The notes beneath the pieces are model-generated. The model was not told where the DNA came from. It saw only the letters and a list, made by a program, of their open reading frames with translations, and did no database searches. From an uncultured Clostridia bacterium (GTDB lineage: Bacteria > Bacillota > Clostridia > Christensenellales > UBA1242), in NCBI GenBank assembly GCA_946484195.1, contig CAMLSW010000001.1:1-51256 (forward strand): 51,256 nucleotides of DNA. The letters run 5' to 3'. Made by a program: the position numbers and the translations under genes. Positions 9,451 to 18,320 of the stretch are shown here, in pieces. Each line of letters opens with the position of its first letter. The first letter of the stretch is position 1.

Positions 9451-11226
9451 ATGAAGAAAGGAAAGTTTACTGGATTAATTTTAAGTTTCTGCCTTCTCTG
9501 TATGGGTATCCTTACAGGGTGTTCTTTGGTTGAAACTGACTATGATAGATATTATAACCAAGTTGTAGCGGTGGTTGAGAGCAAGAAAGACAGCTCTAAG
9601 CGCGCCGAAATTACAAAGATGGACTTAATCTCAGGTTATCAAAGCTATGGCTACACCTATGAACAGTATTACGGCTATTCTAGAAGTGAGGCTATGAGGG
9701 CTACTTTGGACCTTCTTGAAAATAGACTTGTAACTATTATGACCGCTGAGGAAAAGTTTGGTGTAAATAGCGATGGCACTGGGCTTTCTGACAAAGAAAA
9801 GACATATCTTTGGGAACAGGTGGGAAGTTCGCTTAGCACAAACCTTGACTCATATTATGAGGATATCACTGGCACAAGTAACGAGGAAGAAGAGAGCGAG
9901 GATATCACTTTTGAAGGCTATGACAAAACCGCTCAGCTTATAAAGAATGATGACGGAAGTTATACAATCAAAAGTTTGAATGAAACAGAGGAGCCTCTTG
10001 CAAACTACCATCCAAAAAGAAATAGAGATTTTAACAACGCAGAAGATAGGGCGCTTATTTTTGAAAACTTTAGAGATGATGTACTAAACTCAAACGAGAA
10101 CTATCAAAAGGCATACTCAAATTATTTGAATGACCTTCTTGCAAGTGAGTATGGTCAAAATCTTTCAACCAATGCAGTTGAGGTTTTCGAAAGAGAGATA
10201 GAAAGACTCTATGAAGTTGCTTATCAAAACTATTTGCTTGAAAAGTATTCTTATAGCAATAGAGGAGAAAACACCTCTTCTATATCAGCATCACAAATTG
10301 TAAACCTTTATACAAATAAAGTTAGGGCATCTTATGCTCAATATGCGCTTGAAAATGATTCAAACTATGACAGTGACGTTCAAGATAGCTTGAATGAGGT
10401 CTATTACTTTAAGAATGACAATGACTCAACAAAATTCTTTACAGTTGCAAACGTTCTATTTATGTTTGACGATGACCAAAAGGCAGAGTACGATAGATTA
10501 ACCGCTTTAAGAGAGGAGTCTATTGTCTCTGAAGAGAATAATAAAGACCCTGAGTATACTGCAAGTGAATACAACCAAGATATGGATAGACTTTATGGCT
10601 CAATCAAGCCTGTCGTAAGAGTGTATAATGAACTTACTGGCATTTACGAAGAGGTTGAGCTTGCAAGCGATGATGATACCACCGTCAACGACATTCACAA
10701 CTTGATGGTAAGAGAACTTGAAACTGCACAGTTATCAGGTGACGTAAATATTATTGGTGACCAAATCAACGAATATATCTATGAGTACAATGAAGATACA
10801 GGTATGTTCAATGCAGAGAACAACTATGTTATCGGTATCGATAGCGAAGGTAATGCAGTATCAAGCTTTGTAGATTCCTTTGAAGAGGCTGCAGTAGAGT
10901 TATATAATAGCGGAAAAGGACAGGTAGGTGATATATCAGGTCTTGTTAGGTCTGAGTATGGCATACACGTGCTTATTTATACTGGTGTTTGCGAGAACCT
11001 CTATGACGGTATAACTCCATCTTTCACATTGTCAGAAGAGGCAATTGAGAAGTTGTATACCACAAGAGTTAACATACTTGTTGATAGAACCTATTTTGAC
11101 GTTCTCTATGACGAGCTTTACGCCGACAACTTTACTCAATTTGAGGACGCTAACGTTCAATATTTGAAAGACACTTATTTTACCATTACTGAATATAGTG
11201 GTAGATTTAATGATTTACTTGAGTAA
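9451..11226 (+). CDS. PrsA/SurA-like foldase lipoprotein with a divergent parvulin PPIase domain
   Basis: Lipoprotein signal with lipobox LTGC. A C-terminal parvulin-like segment is present (FEEAAVELYNSGKGQVGDISGLVRSEYGIHVLIY). Its position directly after mfd matches the clostridial mfd-prsA order. Confidence 0.6.
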   Translation: MKKGKFTGLILSFCLLCMGILTGCSLVETDYDRYYNQVVAVVESKKDSSKRAEITKMDLISGYQSYGYTYEQYYGYSRSEAMRATLDLLENRLVTIMTAEEKFGVNSDGTGLSDKEKTYLWEQVGSSLSTNLDSYYEDITGTSNEEEESEDITFEGYDKTAQLIKNDDGSYTIKSLNETEEPLANYHPKRNRDFNNAEDRALIFENFRDDVLNSNENYQKAYSNYLNDLLASEYGQNLSTNAVEVFEREIERLYEVAYQNYLLEKYSYSNRGENTSSISASQIVNLYTNKVRASYAQYALENDSNYDSDVQDSLNEVYYFKNDNDSTKFFTVANVLFMFDDDQKAEYDRLTALREESIVSEENNKDPEYTASEYNQDMDRLYGSIKPVVRVYNELTGIYEEVELASDDDTTVNDIHNLMVRELETAQLSGDVNIIGDQINEYIYEYNEDTGMFNAENNYVIGIDSEGNAVSSFVDSFEEAAVELYNSGKGQVGDISGLVRSEYGIHVLIYTGVCENLYDGITPSFTLSEEAIEKLYTTRVNILVDRTYFDVLYDELYADNFTQFEDANVQYLKDTYFTITEYSGRFNDLLE

Positions 11227-11298
11227 CAAACTTTTTGACAAAATGCACTTAAAATTAAAATTTTAAAATGATTTTATTCTATATAAAATTATAATTAT

Positions 11299-11333
11299 AA
11301 GGTACCTTTACTTGACAGAAGGTACCTTTTTTT
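11299..11333 (+). terminator. intrinsic terminator of the foldase gene
   Basis: Two copies of the self-complementary AAGGTACCTT (11299-11308 and 11319-11328) form a 10-bp stem, followed by a T-run. Confidence 0.6.
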
Positions 11334-11341
11334 GATAGTAT
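11312..11341 (+). promoter_or_regulatory. sigma-A-type promoter placed for a leaderless transcript
   Basis: TTGACA (11312-11317, inside the terminator loop), an 18-nt spacer, an extended -10 TGaTAGTAT (11333-11341), then 6 nt to ATG 11348. No Shine-Dalgarno sequence. Confidence 0.45.
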
Positions 11342-11347
11342 ATTGTT

Positions 11348-13081
11348 ATGAGCAAAAATAGGGGGCAACAGAATAAAAACAAGGTTTCTTCAAAGCGCGA
11401 AGAAAACTTTTTTATTCAAACAAATATTGACGACCTTCTAAATGCCACCAAAAAGGAAGAAACTAATATTGCTAGCGTAAACGCTGAAATAAAAGTGGAT
11501 AATACCCAAAATGACGAGAAAAAAGAAATTGACAATAATAAAACTATTGGAAACCCTTTAATAAATGATAAAACTGAAGATAAAGATATCGAAGAGCAAG
11601 CTTTCATAACTGACAACTGCGCTGAAGGTAAAGTTATGTCTGAGCAGGCTTTCGAAAATGAAAGTGAAACCAAAAACAAAACTATAGCTGACCAGAGCGA
11701 GCAACCTAAAGAGGGTTTAATTGGAAATTTGACACTCGAAATTGAAAATGAAGAGAAAAATATAGATAAAACCTTAAAAAAAGAGCTCGAGGAAGAAGAT
11801 ACACAAGAAAATGAGAAGATTGAAAAGGAGTTTAAGACCGAGTTAAAGCCACCGCAGGCTTTAGATGAGCAAGAAATCTCAGAGAAAAAGAAGCTTGATG
11901 AGGCAGAGCAATCTGTATCAAAACACAACACCAAAAAGAGGAGAAACCTTAATGTTATCTTCTTTATCGTAAACATTTTGGTGGTTGTTGGTATTTTGGT
12001 ATATCAACTATTAAAAGAGGATATCGGTAATATTGGAGATATTGGCTCGCTTGACGTGGGTTCGCTTTTTGTCTGCATTTTACTTTTTGGCATAGTAATA
12101 CTATTTGATACCACGGCAATTGGATATCTGCTAAAGCAGTCAACAGGTAAATGGAGTTTTGGCTTTGCCTATAAGGTTGCAGAGATTGGCAGATATTACG
12201 ACTGCGTAACGCCGATGGCAACAGGTGGACAGCCATTTCAAATCTCATATTTAAAGTCAAGAGGGATGCCTGTTCACACCTCGCTTTCAATACCGCTTGC
12301 AAAATATGAGTTTCAACAGATGTCCTGGGTGGTGCTCAGCTTTATCTGCCTTTTAATATCCTTCACAAACAAGGCATATGGAACATTTGTCGGGGTGACA
12401 AGTATACTCGGCTTTTGTCTAAGCTCAGTTATGCTTTTTGTGACCGTCTTTTTGTCGGTTTGCAAAAGTTTAGGTAGAAAAATCGTTGTAAAGGTGCTAC
12501 GACTTCTTTACAAGATGAAGCTTATAAAAAATTACGATAGGACATATGAAAAGATAACTAAATACATCTCAGACTTCCAAGATGTAATGAAACAGTACGC
12601 AAAATCACCTAAAGATTTTATCGTGATGTTTATTTTGTGTGTTGGAAAATACATCATCAACTATTCGATACCATTTTTCATAGTAAAACTTTTTAGTCCA
12701 ACGATACCTGGCAGTGACTATATAACACTCTTTGTTATGTCACTTCTTGTCGACCTTGCCTCGTCATTCTTCCCACTTCCTGGTGGTACCGGTATGAACG
12801 AAATATCCTTTACCGCCGCATTCAGCGCAGTGATTGCAAACTCTGCGATTAAAGATAACATACTTGTATGGGTTCTTCTCATCTGGAGATTTTTTTCATA
12901 TTATGTTTATCTTATTCAAGGTATGTGCATTTTGTCCTATGATATGGCGTACGGCAATCGCAAATATAAGTGGCAAGTTAAACGTGATACTCTCGTTGAA
13001 GAGAGTACGATATTTAAGCAGAATCAGATAGACAAATTTAGGGCAGAGCGGTCACGTAGACGGCGAAAAAAGATGAAATAA
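11348..13081 (+). CDS. flippase-like (LPG-synthase-TM / UPF0104 family) membrane protein with a ~200-aa K/E/N-rich N-terminal extension
   Basis: The C-terminal multi-pass region contains the family hallmark YYDCVTPMATGGQPFQISYLKSRG. The N-terminal third is low-complexity and charged. The protein ends in RRRRKKMK. Confidence 0.7.
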   Translation: MSKNRGQQNKNKVSSKREENFFIQTNIDDLLNATKKEETNIASVNAEIKVDNTQNDEKKEIDNNKTIGNPLINDKTEDKDIEEQAFITDNCAEGKVMSEQAFENESETKNKTIADQSEQPKEGLIGNLTLEIENEEKNIDKTLKKELEEEDTQENEKIEKEFKTELKPPQALDEQEISEKKKLDEAEQSVSKHNTKKRRNLNVIFFIVNILVVVGILVYQLLKEDIGNIGDIGSLDVGSLFVCILLFGIVILFDTTAIGYLLKQSTGKWSFGFAYKVAEIGRYYDCVTPMATGGQPFQISYLKSRGMPVHTSLSIPLAKYEFQQMSWVVLSFICLLISFTNKAYGTFVGVTSILGFCLSSVMLFVTVFLSVCKSLGRKIVVKVLRLLYKMKLIKNYDRTYEKITKYISDFQDVMKQYAKSPKDFIVMFILCVGKYIINYSIPFFIVKLFSPTIPGSDYITLFVMSLLVDLASSFFPLPGGTGMNEISFTAAFSAVIANSAIKDNILVWVLLIWRFFSYYVYLIQGMCILSYDMAYGNRKYKWQVKRDTLVEESTIFKQNQIDKFRAERSRRRRKKMK

Positions 13082-13285
13082 ACGCCTAATTGTGTATTAG
13101 CAAAAAATGTGAGCAGTACTTTAATTTAAGAATTTTTAAAAGTACGCAAGAAATTAAAACGAAAAACTTATAGCGCTTTAGAAAGTGTTGTAAATAAAAT
13201 GTTGTTGCGAGCAAGAAGAGGGGTATTTAATTCTTCAATATTTTAAATTAAGAATAATTATTTGATAATTAAACAAAATATACTT

Positions 13286-13840
13286 ATGAAATTGTGTAAA
13301 GAAAATTTTGGGTGGATATTTATTTCAGCCTCTCTTCTTATTCTTCTTGCAATAGCCATATACCTCGGTGCGTCTGGCTGGTTTTTTAAAAATGATATTT
13401 CACTTACAACAGACCTAGAACTTGGGAAAACTGTATCTACCACCATTACAAAAAATCAAGCAAATTCAATCTCGCTCACTTTTGATGGCTCCTATTTATC
13501 TGGCGAACGTCTGCCTCAAATCATCAGTATAAAGAATGGCGATGACAGCGATAGCCTCTATGTTAGGGCTAAGGTTTTTGTCTATACCGGCGACAATGTC
13601 AATCTTGATATGGACATAGTTGAAACTGTCAATTGGACAAAAAAACAAGATGGCTATTATTACTATAACGACCTATTAAATGTAGACGCCTCATCCTCTC
13701 TTTGCTCCTACGTGATTGTTGGCAGTGAAAGCAAGTTTTCAAGCAAGAAAAAGTATATTTTAAACGTTGTTTTTGAAAGTTTATCCTCAAGCCAAGACGT
13801 TGAAAGCATTTGGGGAGTAAATCCTATTCAAAATATTTGA
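13286..13840 (+). CDS. hypothetical exported protein, possibly TasA/camelysin-like (SipW-type signal)
   Basis: An N-terminal hydrophobic segment is followed by GWFFKNDISLTTDLELG. The later motifs LYVRAKVFVY and NWTKKQDGYYYYNDLL resemble camelysin-type proteins, recognised from memory only. The start is uncertain (ATG 13286 or TTG 13262) and no clear RBS is present. Confidence 0.4.
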   Translation: MKLCKENFGWIFISASLLILLAIAIYLGASGWFFKNDISLTTDLELGKTVSTTITKNQANSISLTFDGSYLSGERLPQIISIKNGDDSDSLYVRAKVFVYTGDNVNLDMDIVETVNWTKKQDGYYYYNDLLNVDASSSLCSYVIVGSESKFSSKKKYILNVVFESLSSSQDVESIWGVNPIQNI

Positions 13841-14023
13841 CATTTAAAATAAAATGTTTTATATTTTTATTGTCGGAAGTTGTTTTTTGCAATTAATACA
13901 ACTTGAAATTGATTAATGCTAGATAATTTTTCAATGCTCTACTTCAAGTTGAATATTTGTAAAACAAATGTTTTCTTTTTAATTTTTACTTTTCCGATAC
14001 TTGTAAAATTGAAGGAGAAAGTT

Positions 14024-14473
14024 ATGGATAATGTTCCTATGCCACCAAAGAGACCTATACCGCCTCGTCCACCAATGAAACCGCAGATAAATAGAGGAGT
14101 GAATCAGAATAATCCTCAAGCCACTCAGGCGCCAACAAAACCACAAGTTGCCACTCAGCAGACAAAAGTAAACACGCAAGGACCTACGCAGAAGGTGGAG
14201 GCTAAAGAGCTTTCAAGCGCACAAACACCATCTAATGCAAATGAGGCTGCAGACCAAAACAACTTAGCAAACGTGCAGACTGCATCTAATGTGGCAGAGG
14301 CTAGCGGAGATAATAAAGTTCAAGTTAGCCCAAAACCTGCAATAAAGGCAGAGAAAAAAGATGGCAAGCAAGAAGATGAAAAAGAAGGTAAAAATCACTC
14401 TGTGCTATACCTTGTACTAAGCGGGCTATGCTTTGCAGGCGCTATTGCTTGTTTTGTGCTCCTTTTTATTTAA
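14024..14473 (+). CDS. Pro/Gln-rich tail-anchored membrane protein (149 aa)
   Basis: GAAGGAG RBS (14011-17) lies 6 nt upstream of ATG 14024. The sequence starts MDNVPMPPKRPIPPRPPMKPQ, has a low-complexity Q/T/A/N middle and a single C-terminal TM helix (VLYLVLSGLCFAGAIACFVLLFI). Confidence 0.55.
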   Translation: MDNVPMPPKRPIPPRPPMKPQINRGVNQNNPQATQAPTKPQVATQQTKVNTQGPTQKVEAKELSSAQTPSNANEAADQNNLANVQTASNVAEASGDNKVQVSPKPAIKAEKKDGKQEDEKEGKNHSVLYLVLSGLCFAGAIACFVLLFI

Positions 14474-14548
14474 ATTTAGCCTACAATTTAAGACAAAATA
14501 TATCAATAAATTAAGTAAATATAAAAAATATAAGTCAATCATTACAAT

Positions 14549-14992
14549 ATGAAAAGAGTGATTGGCTTTTTTGTTGCTGTTATATTGCTAATAAGTCTAT
14601 GTGTTTTTAAGGAGAGTGACTATGCTCTCTTTGACGGGTTTTCGCGTGTTATAGTGGTAAGCGAGCAAGAACAGTCTTATCAAAACTATTTAACAAATGG
14701 CAATCAATATTATTATATCTTTGACGAGAATGCCGATGTTAAACAGCTGTTAAGGCAGAGCTTCGTATCCTACAACTTCTATTATTCGCCCGATTTTAAT
14801 ATAGAAAAATTTATGTCAAACCTAGACTTTTGCTATCAAGGCGGTGATGTTGAAGGCTATAAATTATATTACGGCTACTACTGTGGCTTTAACGATTTTC
14901 GTTATGTAGACGGCAAGAAGGTCAACATTCAAATAGCTCTTACTCAGAGTGAGATTATTGTGGGACTGCCTCTTATAACCACAGGTTATTAA
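14549..14992 (+). CDS. hypothetical secreted protein, possibly YwmB (DUF1779)-like at the C-terminus
   Basis: It has an N-terminal signal or anchor. The C-terminus VNIQIALTQSEIIVGLPLITTGY resembles the YwmB-family ending, which is a weak recall-based similarity. No RBS was seen. Confidence 0.4.
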   Translation: MKRVIGFFVAVILLISLCVFKESDYALFDGFSRVIVVSEQEQSYQNYLTNGNQYYYIFDENADVKQLLRQSFVSYNFYYSPDFNIEKFMSNLDFCYQGGDVEGYKLYYGYYCGFNDFRYVDGKKVNIQIALTQSEIIVGLPLITTGY

Positions 14993-15058
14993 ATTAAAAA
15001 TGACAAAATTTAATGTATAAAATAATGTTTTGTGGCAATAAATGGTGTAGGAGGTAAT

Positions 15059-15622
15059 ATGGAAATAAGAAAAGAAAACAAGGCGGTTGAGTTTATCAAA
15101 AAGTATGGTCTTTATGTTGCTGTTGGCGTGGTCGTTTTTGCTGTGGCGCTTACCTTTACTCTTCTTGCAACGCTTGGCGGTAGTGTAAGAACAGGCACAG
15201 ACACCTTAAATTTTGTAAGCCCTATGAGCAATGCGACTGTTGTCAAGGACTACTCAGATACCGAGCTTCAACTAAATGAAACTCTAGGACACTGGGAGGC
15301 GCACCTTTCAGTTGATTTGACTTCTGAAAATAGTGACGTATTCTCTGTGCTTGATGGCACGGTTGCAAGTGTTAACTATGATTATCTAAACGGCTATACT
15401 GTCACAATCAATCACGCAGACGGCTTTGTGTCAATCTATTCTTCACTTGAAGAGGCGGTTGATGTCAAAGAGGGTGACACTGTTACTGCAGGCGAAAAGA
15501 TTGGTAAGGCTAGCGAAACTGCAACTTCAGAACTTGAGCTTGGCTCACACCTACATTTTACTTTAAAACTTGGCGATGACTATGTAAATCCAAACAGCTA
15601 CTTAAATTTAGAACTTAAATAA
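15059..15622 (+). CDS. membrane-anchored M23 (LytM-type) peptidase, SpoIIQ-like by architecture and position
   Basis: AGGAGG RBS lies upstream of ATG 15059. It has one N-terminal TM helix. HxxxD (HLSVD) and HxH (HLHF) motifs are present, along with GYTVTINHADGFVSIYSSL. It lies upstream of spoIIID as in Clostridia. Confidence 0.75.
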   Translation: MEIRKENKAVEFIKKYGLYVAVGVVVFAVALTFTLLATLGGSVRTGTDTLNFVSPMSNATVVKDYSDTELQLNETLGHWEAHLSVDLTSENSDVFSVLDGTVASVNYDYLNGYTVTINHADGFVSIYSSLEEAVDVKEGDTVTAGEKIGKASETATSELELGSHLHFTLKLGDDYVNPNSYLNLELK

Positions 15623-15659
15623 CTTAACCGCAAATTAGCTTTAAACAGCTTAACCGTAC

Positions 15660-15697
15660 AAAATACAATAATTTTAACAATTATTGTATTTTTATTT
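15660..15697 (+). terminator. intrinsic terminator after the M23 peptidase gene
   Basis: AAAATACAATAATT / AATTATTGTATTTT form a 14-bp AT-rich stem with loop TTAAC, followed by a T-rich tail. Confidence 0.55.
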
Positions 15698-15724
15698 TAC
15701 ATATTTAAAAGTTTATGCTATAAT
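15696..15724 (+). promoter_or_regulatory. sigma-A promoter of acpP
   Basis: TTTACA (15696-15701), a 17-nt spacer, then an extended -10 TGcTATAAT (15716-15724). A GGAGG RBS precedes ATG 15741. Confidence 0.6.
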
Positions 15725-15740
15725 CAAAATGGAGGTTTGT

Positions 15741-15977
15741 ATGAACACTATTGATAAGGTAAAGAAATTAATTGCAGAACAATTATGCATATCAACAGAT
15801 GATATATCAGATACTGCCAATATTGTGGAAGATTTAGGGGCTGACTCGCTTGACATAGTGGAGCTTCTTATGTCTTTTGAAGATGAGTTTAAGGTTTCTA
15901 TTCCTGACGAAAAGCTTGAAGAACTTAAAACTATTCCGCAAATTGTAAAAGTTATCGATGAATATACTAAAAAATAG
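15741..15977 (+). CDS. acpP: acyl carrier protein (78 aa)
   Basis: LGADSLDIVELLMSFEDEF carries the phosphopantetheine-serine DSL motif. GGAGG lies 5 nt upstream of ATG 15741. The ORF-track start 15684 lies inside the promoter. Confidence 0.85.
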   Translation: MNTIDKVKKLIAEQLCISTDDISDTANIVEDLGADSLDIVELLMSFEDEFKVSIPDEKLEELKTIPQIVKVIDEYTKK

Positions 15978-16232
15978 ATATAAGTTTAAATTTATGTTAT
16001 GTTATAATCAAAGCTAATATTTTTAGTAACATTTTTATTAAGAATATTACTTATAATTGTCGTTTACTAACATAACTTTTGGTTGAAATTCGCATAAATT
16101 TTCTAAAGCATCAGTGTGGCATTTTACCAAAAACAATCTAAAACTTTAATTTGATAAAACATTAAAAAGGCTTTAACACTGCTTTATTTTCTATAAGGGA
16201 GAGGTTAAAGCTTTTTTTATTGACAAATTATG

Positions 16233-16261
16233 ACATAATGCGACTTTTTTCCACATATCTT
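16233..16261 (+). promoter_or_regulatory. possible sigma-E-type (mother-cell) promoter upstream of spoIIID
   Basis: ACATAAT (16233-16239), a 14-nt spacer, then CATATCTT (16254-16261). This loosely fits the ATA...CATACA-T sigma-E consensus. It is a pattern match only. Confidence 0.25.
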
Positions 16262-16277
16262 ATAGGGTGGAGGCATT

Positions 16278-16544
16278 ATGAGAGATGATTTAGTAGAACG
16301 CATATTAAATGTTGCAAATCACATTTTAAAAACTCACGATACCATTAGAAAAACCGCGAAAATTTACGGATATAGCAAAAGTACCGTGCATAACGATGTT
16401 TCGGTAAGGCTTGCAAAACTCAACTTTGATTTATACCAAAAGACAAAAAAGGTGCTTGACGAGAACTTTGCCGAGAAACATATCAGAGGCGGTCAGGCAA
16501 CCAAACGAAAATATCAAGAGATAGAGGAGAGTGTAAGGGAGTAA
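16278..16544 (+). CDS. spoIIID: stage III sporulation protein D (HTH transcription regulator)
   Basis: RKTAKIYGYSKSTVHNDVSVRL...HIRGGQATKRKY matches the SpoIIID HTH and basic C-terminal region. GGTGGAGG RBS upstream. Confidence 0.9.
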   Translation: MRDDLVERILNVANHILKTHDTIRKTAKIYGYSKSTVHNDVSVRLAKLNFDLYQKTKKVLDENFAEKHIRGGQATKRKYQEIEESVRE

Positions 16545-16578
16545 ATTTTTAACTTATCTAAAGATTACACTTTTATAG

Positions 16579-16641
16579 AAAAACCTAGAGATTTTATGTA
16601 CACTCAAAATTTATTTAAAAGTGCACTATCTCTAGGTTTTT
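16579..16641. terminator. bidirectional terminator between convergent spoIIID and fba
   Basis: AAAAACCTAGAGAT (16579-16592) pairs with ATCTCTAGGTTTTT (16628-16641), with A/T runs on both sides. The loop is large (35 nt). Confidence 0.5.
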
Positions 16642-16646
16642 GTTTG

Positions 16647-17561
16647 CTAAAATATTTTACCATTTGAGAAGAAAAGGTTGTAAATTTTGTCAAGTACTAC
16701 CTTTTTTATCTCCTCTCGTCCTGCGCCAAGGTACTTTCTTGGGTCAAATTCGCTCTTGTTTTCGCTAAGTACTTTTCGAACTTGACTTGTTAAGGCAATT
16801 CTTATATCAGTATCTGTGTTGATTTTAACAATGTTGTGCTTTGTTACCGCTTTTTCTATAAGTTCCCTAGGAATGCCGTTTGCCTTTTCTAGCTTTCCGC
16901 CATATTGATTAAATAGCTGCACCTCACTTTGCTCAACAGTCGATGCACCGTGCAGAACTAGCGGAAAGTCTGGTAAAGCCCTTTCAATCTCTTCTAAAAT
17001 ATCAAACCTCAAGGTCTGTTTGCCACTGTATTTATATGCGCCGTGACTTGTTCCAATGGCGATGGCAAGGCTGTCAACCTTGGTTTTCATAACAAAATCT
17101 TTAGCAAGGGCAGGGTCGGTATAGATATGCTCGCTTGCTGATGTGTTATCTTCAATGCCTTTAATTTGCCCGAGTTCTCCTTCAACAAACACACCTTTTT
17201 TGTGGGCATAGTCGCAAACCTTTTTGGTAATAGAGATGTTGTCTTCGTATTTTAGGGCACTGCCATCAATCATAACGCTTTCAAAGCCGTTATCAACTGC
17301 CTCTTTGCAAACCTCAAAACTTTTGCCGTGGTCAAGGTGCAAAAATAGGTGGGGATAGATTTGTTTGGCACTCTTGGTAAGGGCGTAGCAGTAACTTCCC
17401 ATATACTTAAGAGCGCTTTCGCTTACAGAAATAATCATAGGCGAGCGTGCCTCCATTGATGCCTCGACTATACCTTGTAACGACTCCATATTGTTGAAGT
17501 TTATAGCGCCAAGCGCAAAACCCTCCTCTATTGCCTTTTGAAAATAATCTTTTAAATTCAT
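16647..17561 (-). CDS. fba: class II fructose-1,6-bisphosphate aldolase (304 aa)
   Basis: GFALGAINFNNMESLQGIVEA, HLDHG, VMIDGS, VEGELG, GTSHGAYK and LVLHGAS motifs are present. AGGAG RBS lies upstream of ATG 17561. The longer ORF-track start 17735 overlaps the divergent lipoprotein gene. Confidence 0.9.
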   Translation of the reverse strand: MNLKDYFQKAIEEGFALGAINFNNMESLQGIVEASMEARSPMIISVSESALKYMGSYCYALTKSAKQIYPHLFLHLDHGKSFEVCKEAVDNGFESVMIDGSALKYEDNISITKKVCDYAHKKGVFVEGELGQIKGIEDNTSASEHIYTDPALAKDFVMKTKVDSLAIAIGTSHGAYKYSGKQTLRFDILEEIERALPDFPLVLHGASTVEQSEVQLFNQYGGKLEKANGIPRELIEKAVTKHNIVKINTDTDIRIALTSQVRKVLSENKSEFDPRKYLGAGREEIKKVVLDKIYNLFFSNGKIF

Positions 17562-17631
17562 AAATTCTCCTTGCTTAATTTTAACACATTTTTTAAATTT
17601 AACCAACATATTCTTATAAAAAGGAGATTTT

Positions 17632-18279
17632 ATGAAAAAATTATGGATTTTTGCAATGATTTTGATATGTGGCATTGTCCTTGTGGGTTGTTCTAGCAAG
17701 AAGGATTTTAGGGGGTGTCTAAGCGAGGTTACCAAAGTTTACTATCAAGGCGTTGCAGGACAAGTTGAAGGTTCAATCAGTATAGGGCAGAGAGAAGAAC
17801 CTTATAAAATAGACGGCAAAAGTCAAAAACTTGAAGATTTTTCGCTATTTATCTTAGATTTTAATCAGCAGATGGAAGATGAAACCATAGATGTAAAATT
17901 ATCGGTAAACGGCGTTGAAAGTGATTTTCAGCTCTTTTTAAACCCAGTAAATCATTACTATATGAATGACTTAGGCTATAGTCTTGGGCAGAATGACGAG
18001 GTTATTTTAACCTATCAAGATATTGTAGTTAACTTTTATAATGTAAGTGACTCCTTCAATATTGACTGGTCAGAGGCGCTTGATATAGCAGAGGAAAACT
18101 TGAATTTACAATCGTTCTATAAGGACGGAGATTTCAAGGGTGAGTGTTATCTAAAGATTTTGACAGAGCAAAACGATAATTTTCAAGATTTGTTTTGGTA
18201 TTTCAGTGCTGTTAGCGAGAATGGTGATGTTATGGATATCGTGATAAGCACAGATGCCGGCGAAATTTTTGTGTCGTAA
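17632..18279 (+). CDS. hypothetical lipoprotein (215 aa)
   Basis: AAGGAG RBS upstream. The signal peptide has lipobox LVGC (ILICGIVLVGCSS). No family was recognised. Confidence 0.65.
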   Translation: MKKLWIFAMILICGIVLVGCSSKKDFRGCLSEVTKVYYQGVAGQVEGSISIGQREEPYKIDGKSQKLEDFSLFILDFNQQMEDETIDVKLSVNGVESDFQLFLNPVNHYYMNDLGYSLGQNDEVILTYQDIVVNFYNVSDSFNIDWSEALDIAEENLNLQSFYKDGDFKGECYLKILTEQNDNFQDLFWYFSAVSENGDVMDIVISTDAGEIFVS

Positions 18280-18284
18280 AATTG

Positions 18285-18314
18285 TTGCCTTATAGCACGA
18301 AAATGTGCTATAAT
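18285..18314 (+). promoter_or_regulatory. sigma-A-type promoter placed for a leaderless hflX transcript
   Basis: TTGCCT (18285-18290), an 18-nt spacer, an extended -10 TGcTATAAT (18306-18314), then 6 nt to ATG 18321. No Shine-Dalgarno sequence. Confidence 0.55.
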
Positions 18315-18320
18315 AAATTT

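Noticed and set aside
11416-11976. 186-aa minus-strand ORF (Ser/Phe/Leu-rich).
   Set aside because: It is the antisense shadow of the K/E/N-rich low-complexity N-terminus of the 11348-13081 gene. It has no RBS and a low-complexity product.
13916-14023. Upstream extensions of ORF-track starts (13916 for the Pro-rich protein, 15684 for acpP, 15032 for the M23 peptidase).
   Set aside because: The internal ATGs at 14024, 15741 and 15059 each have a strong GGAG-type RBS at proper spacing. The extensions encode hydrophobic AT-rich junk or overlap promoter elements.
17562-17735. 58-codon N-terminal extension of the fba ORF in the ORF track.
   Set aside because: The aldolase homology starts at MNLKDYFQKAIEEGFALGA (ATG 17561), which has an AGGAG RBS. 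The extension overlaps the divergent lipoprotein gene and its RBS.
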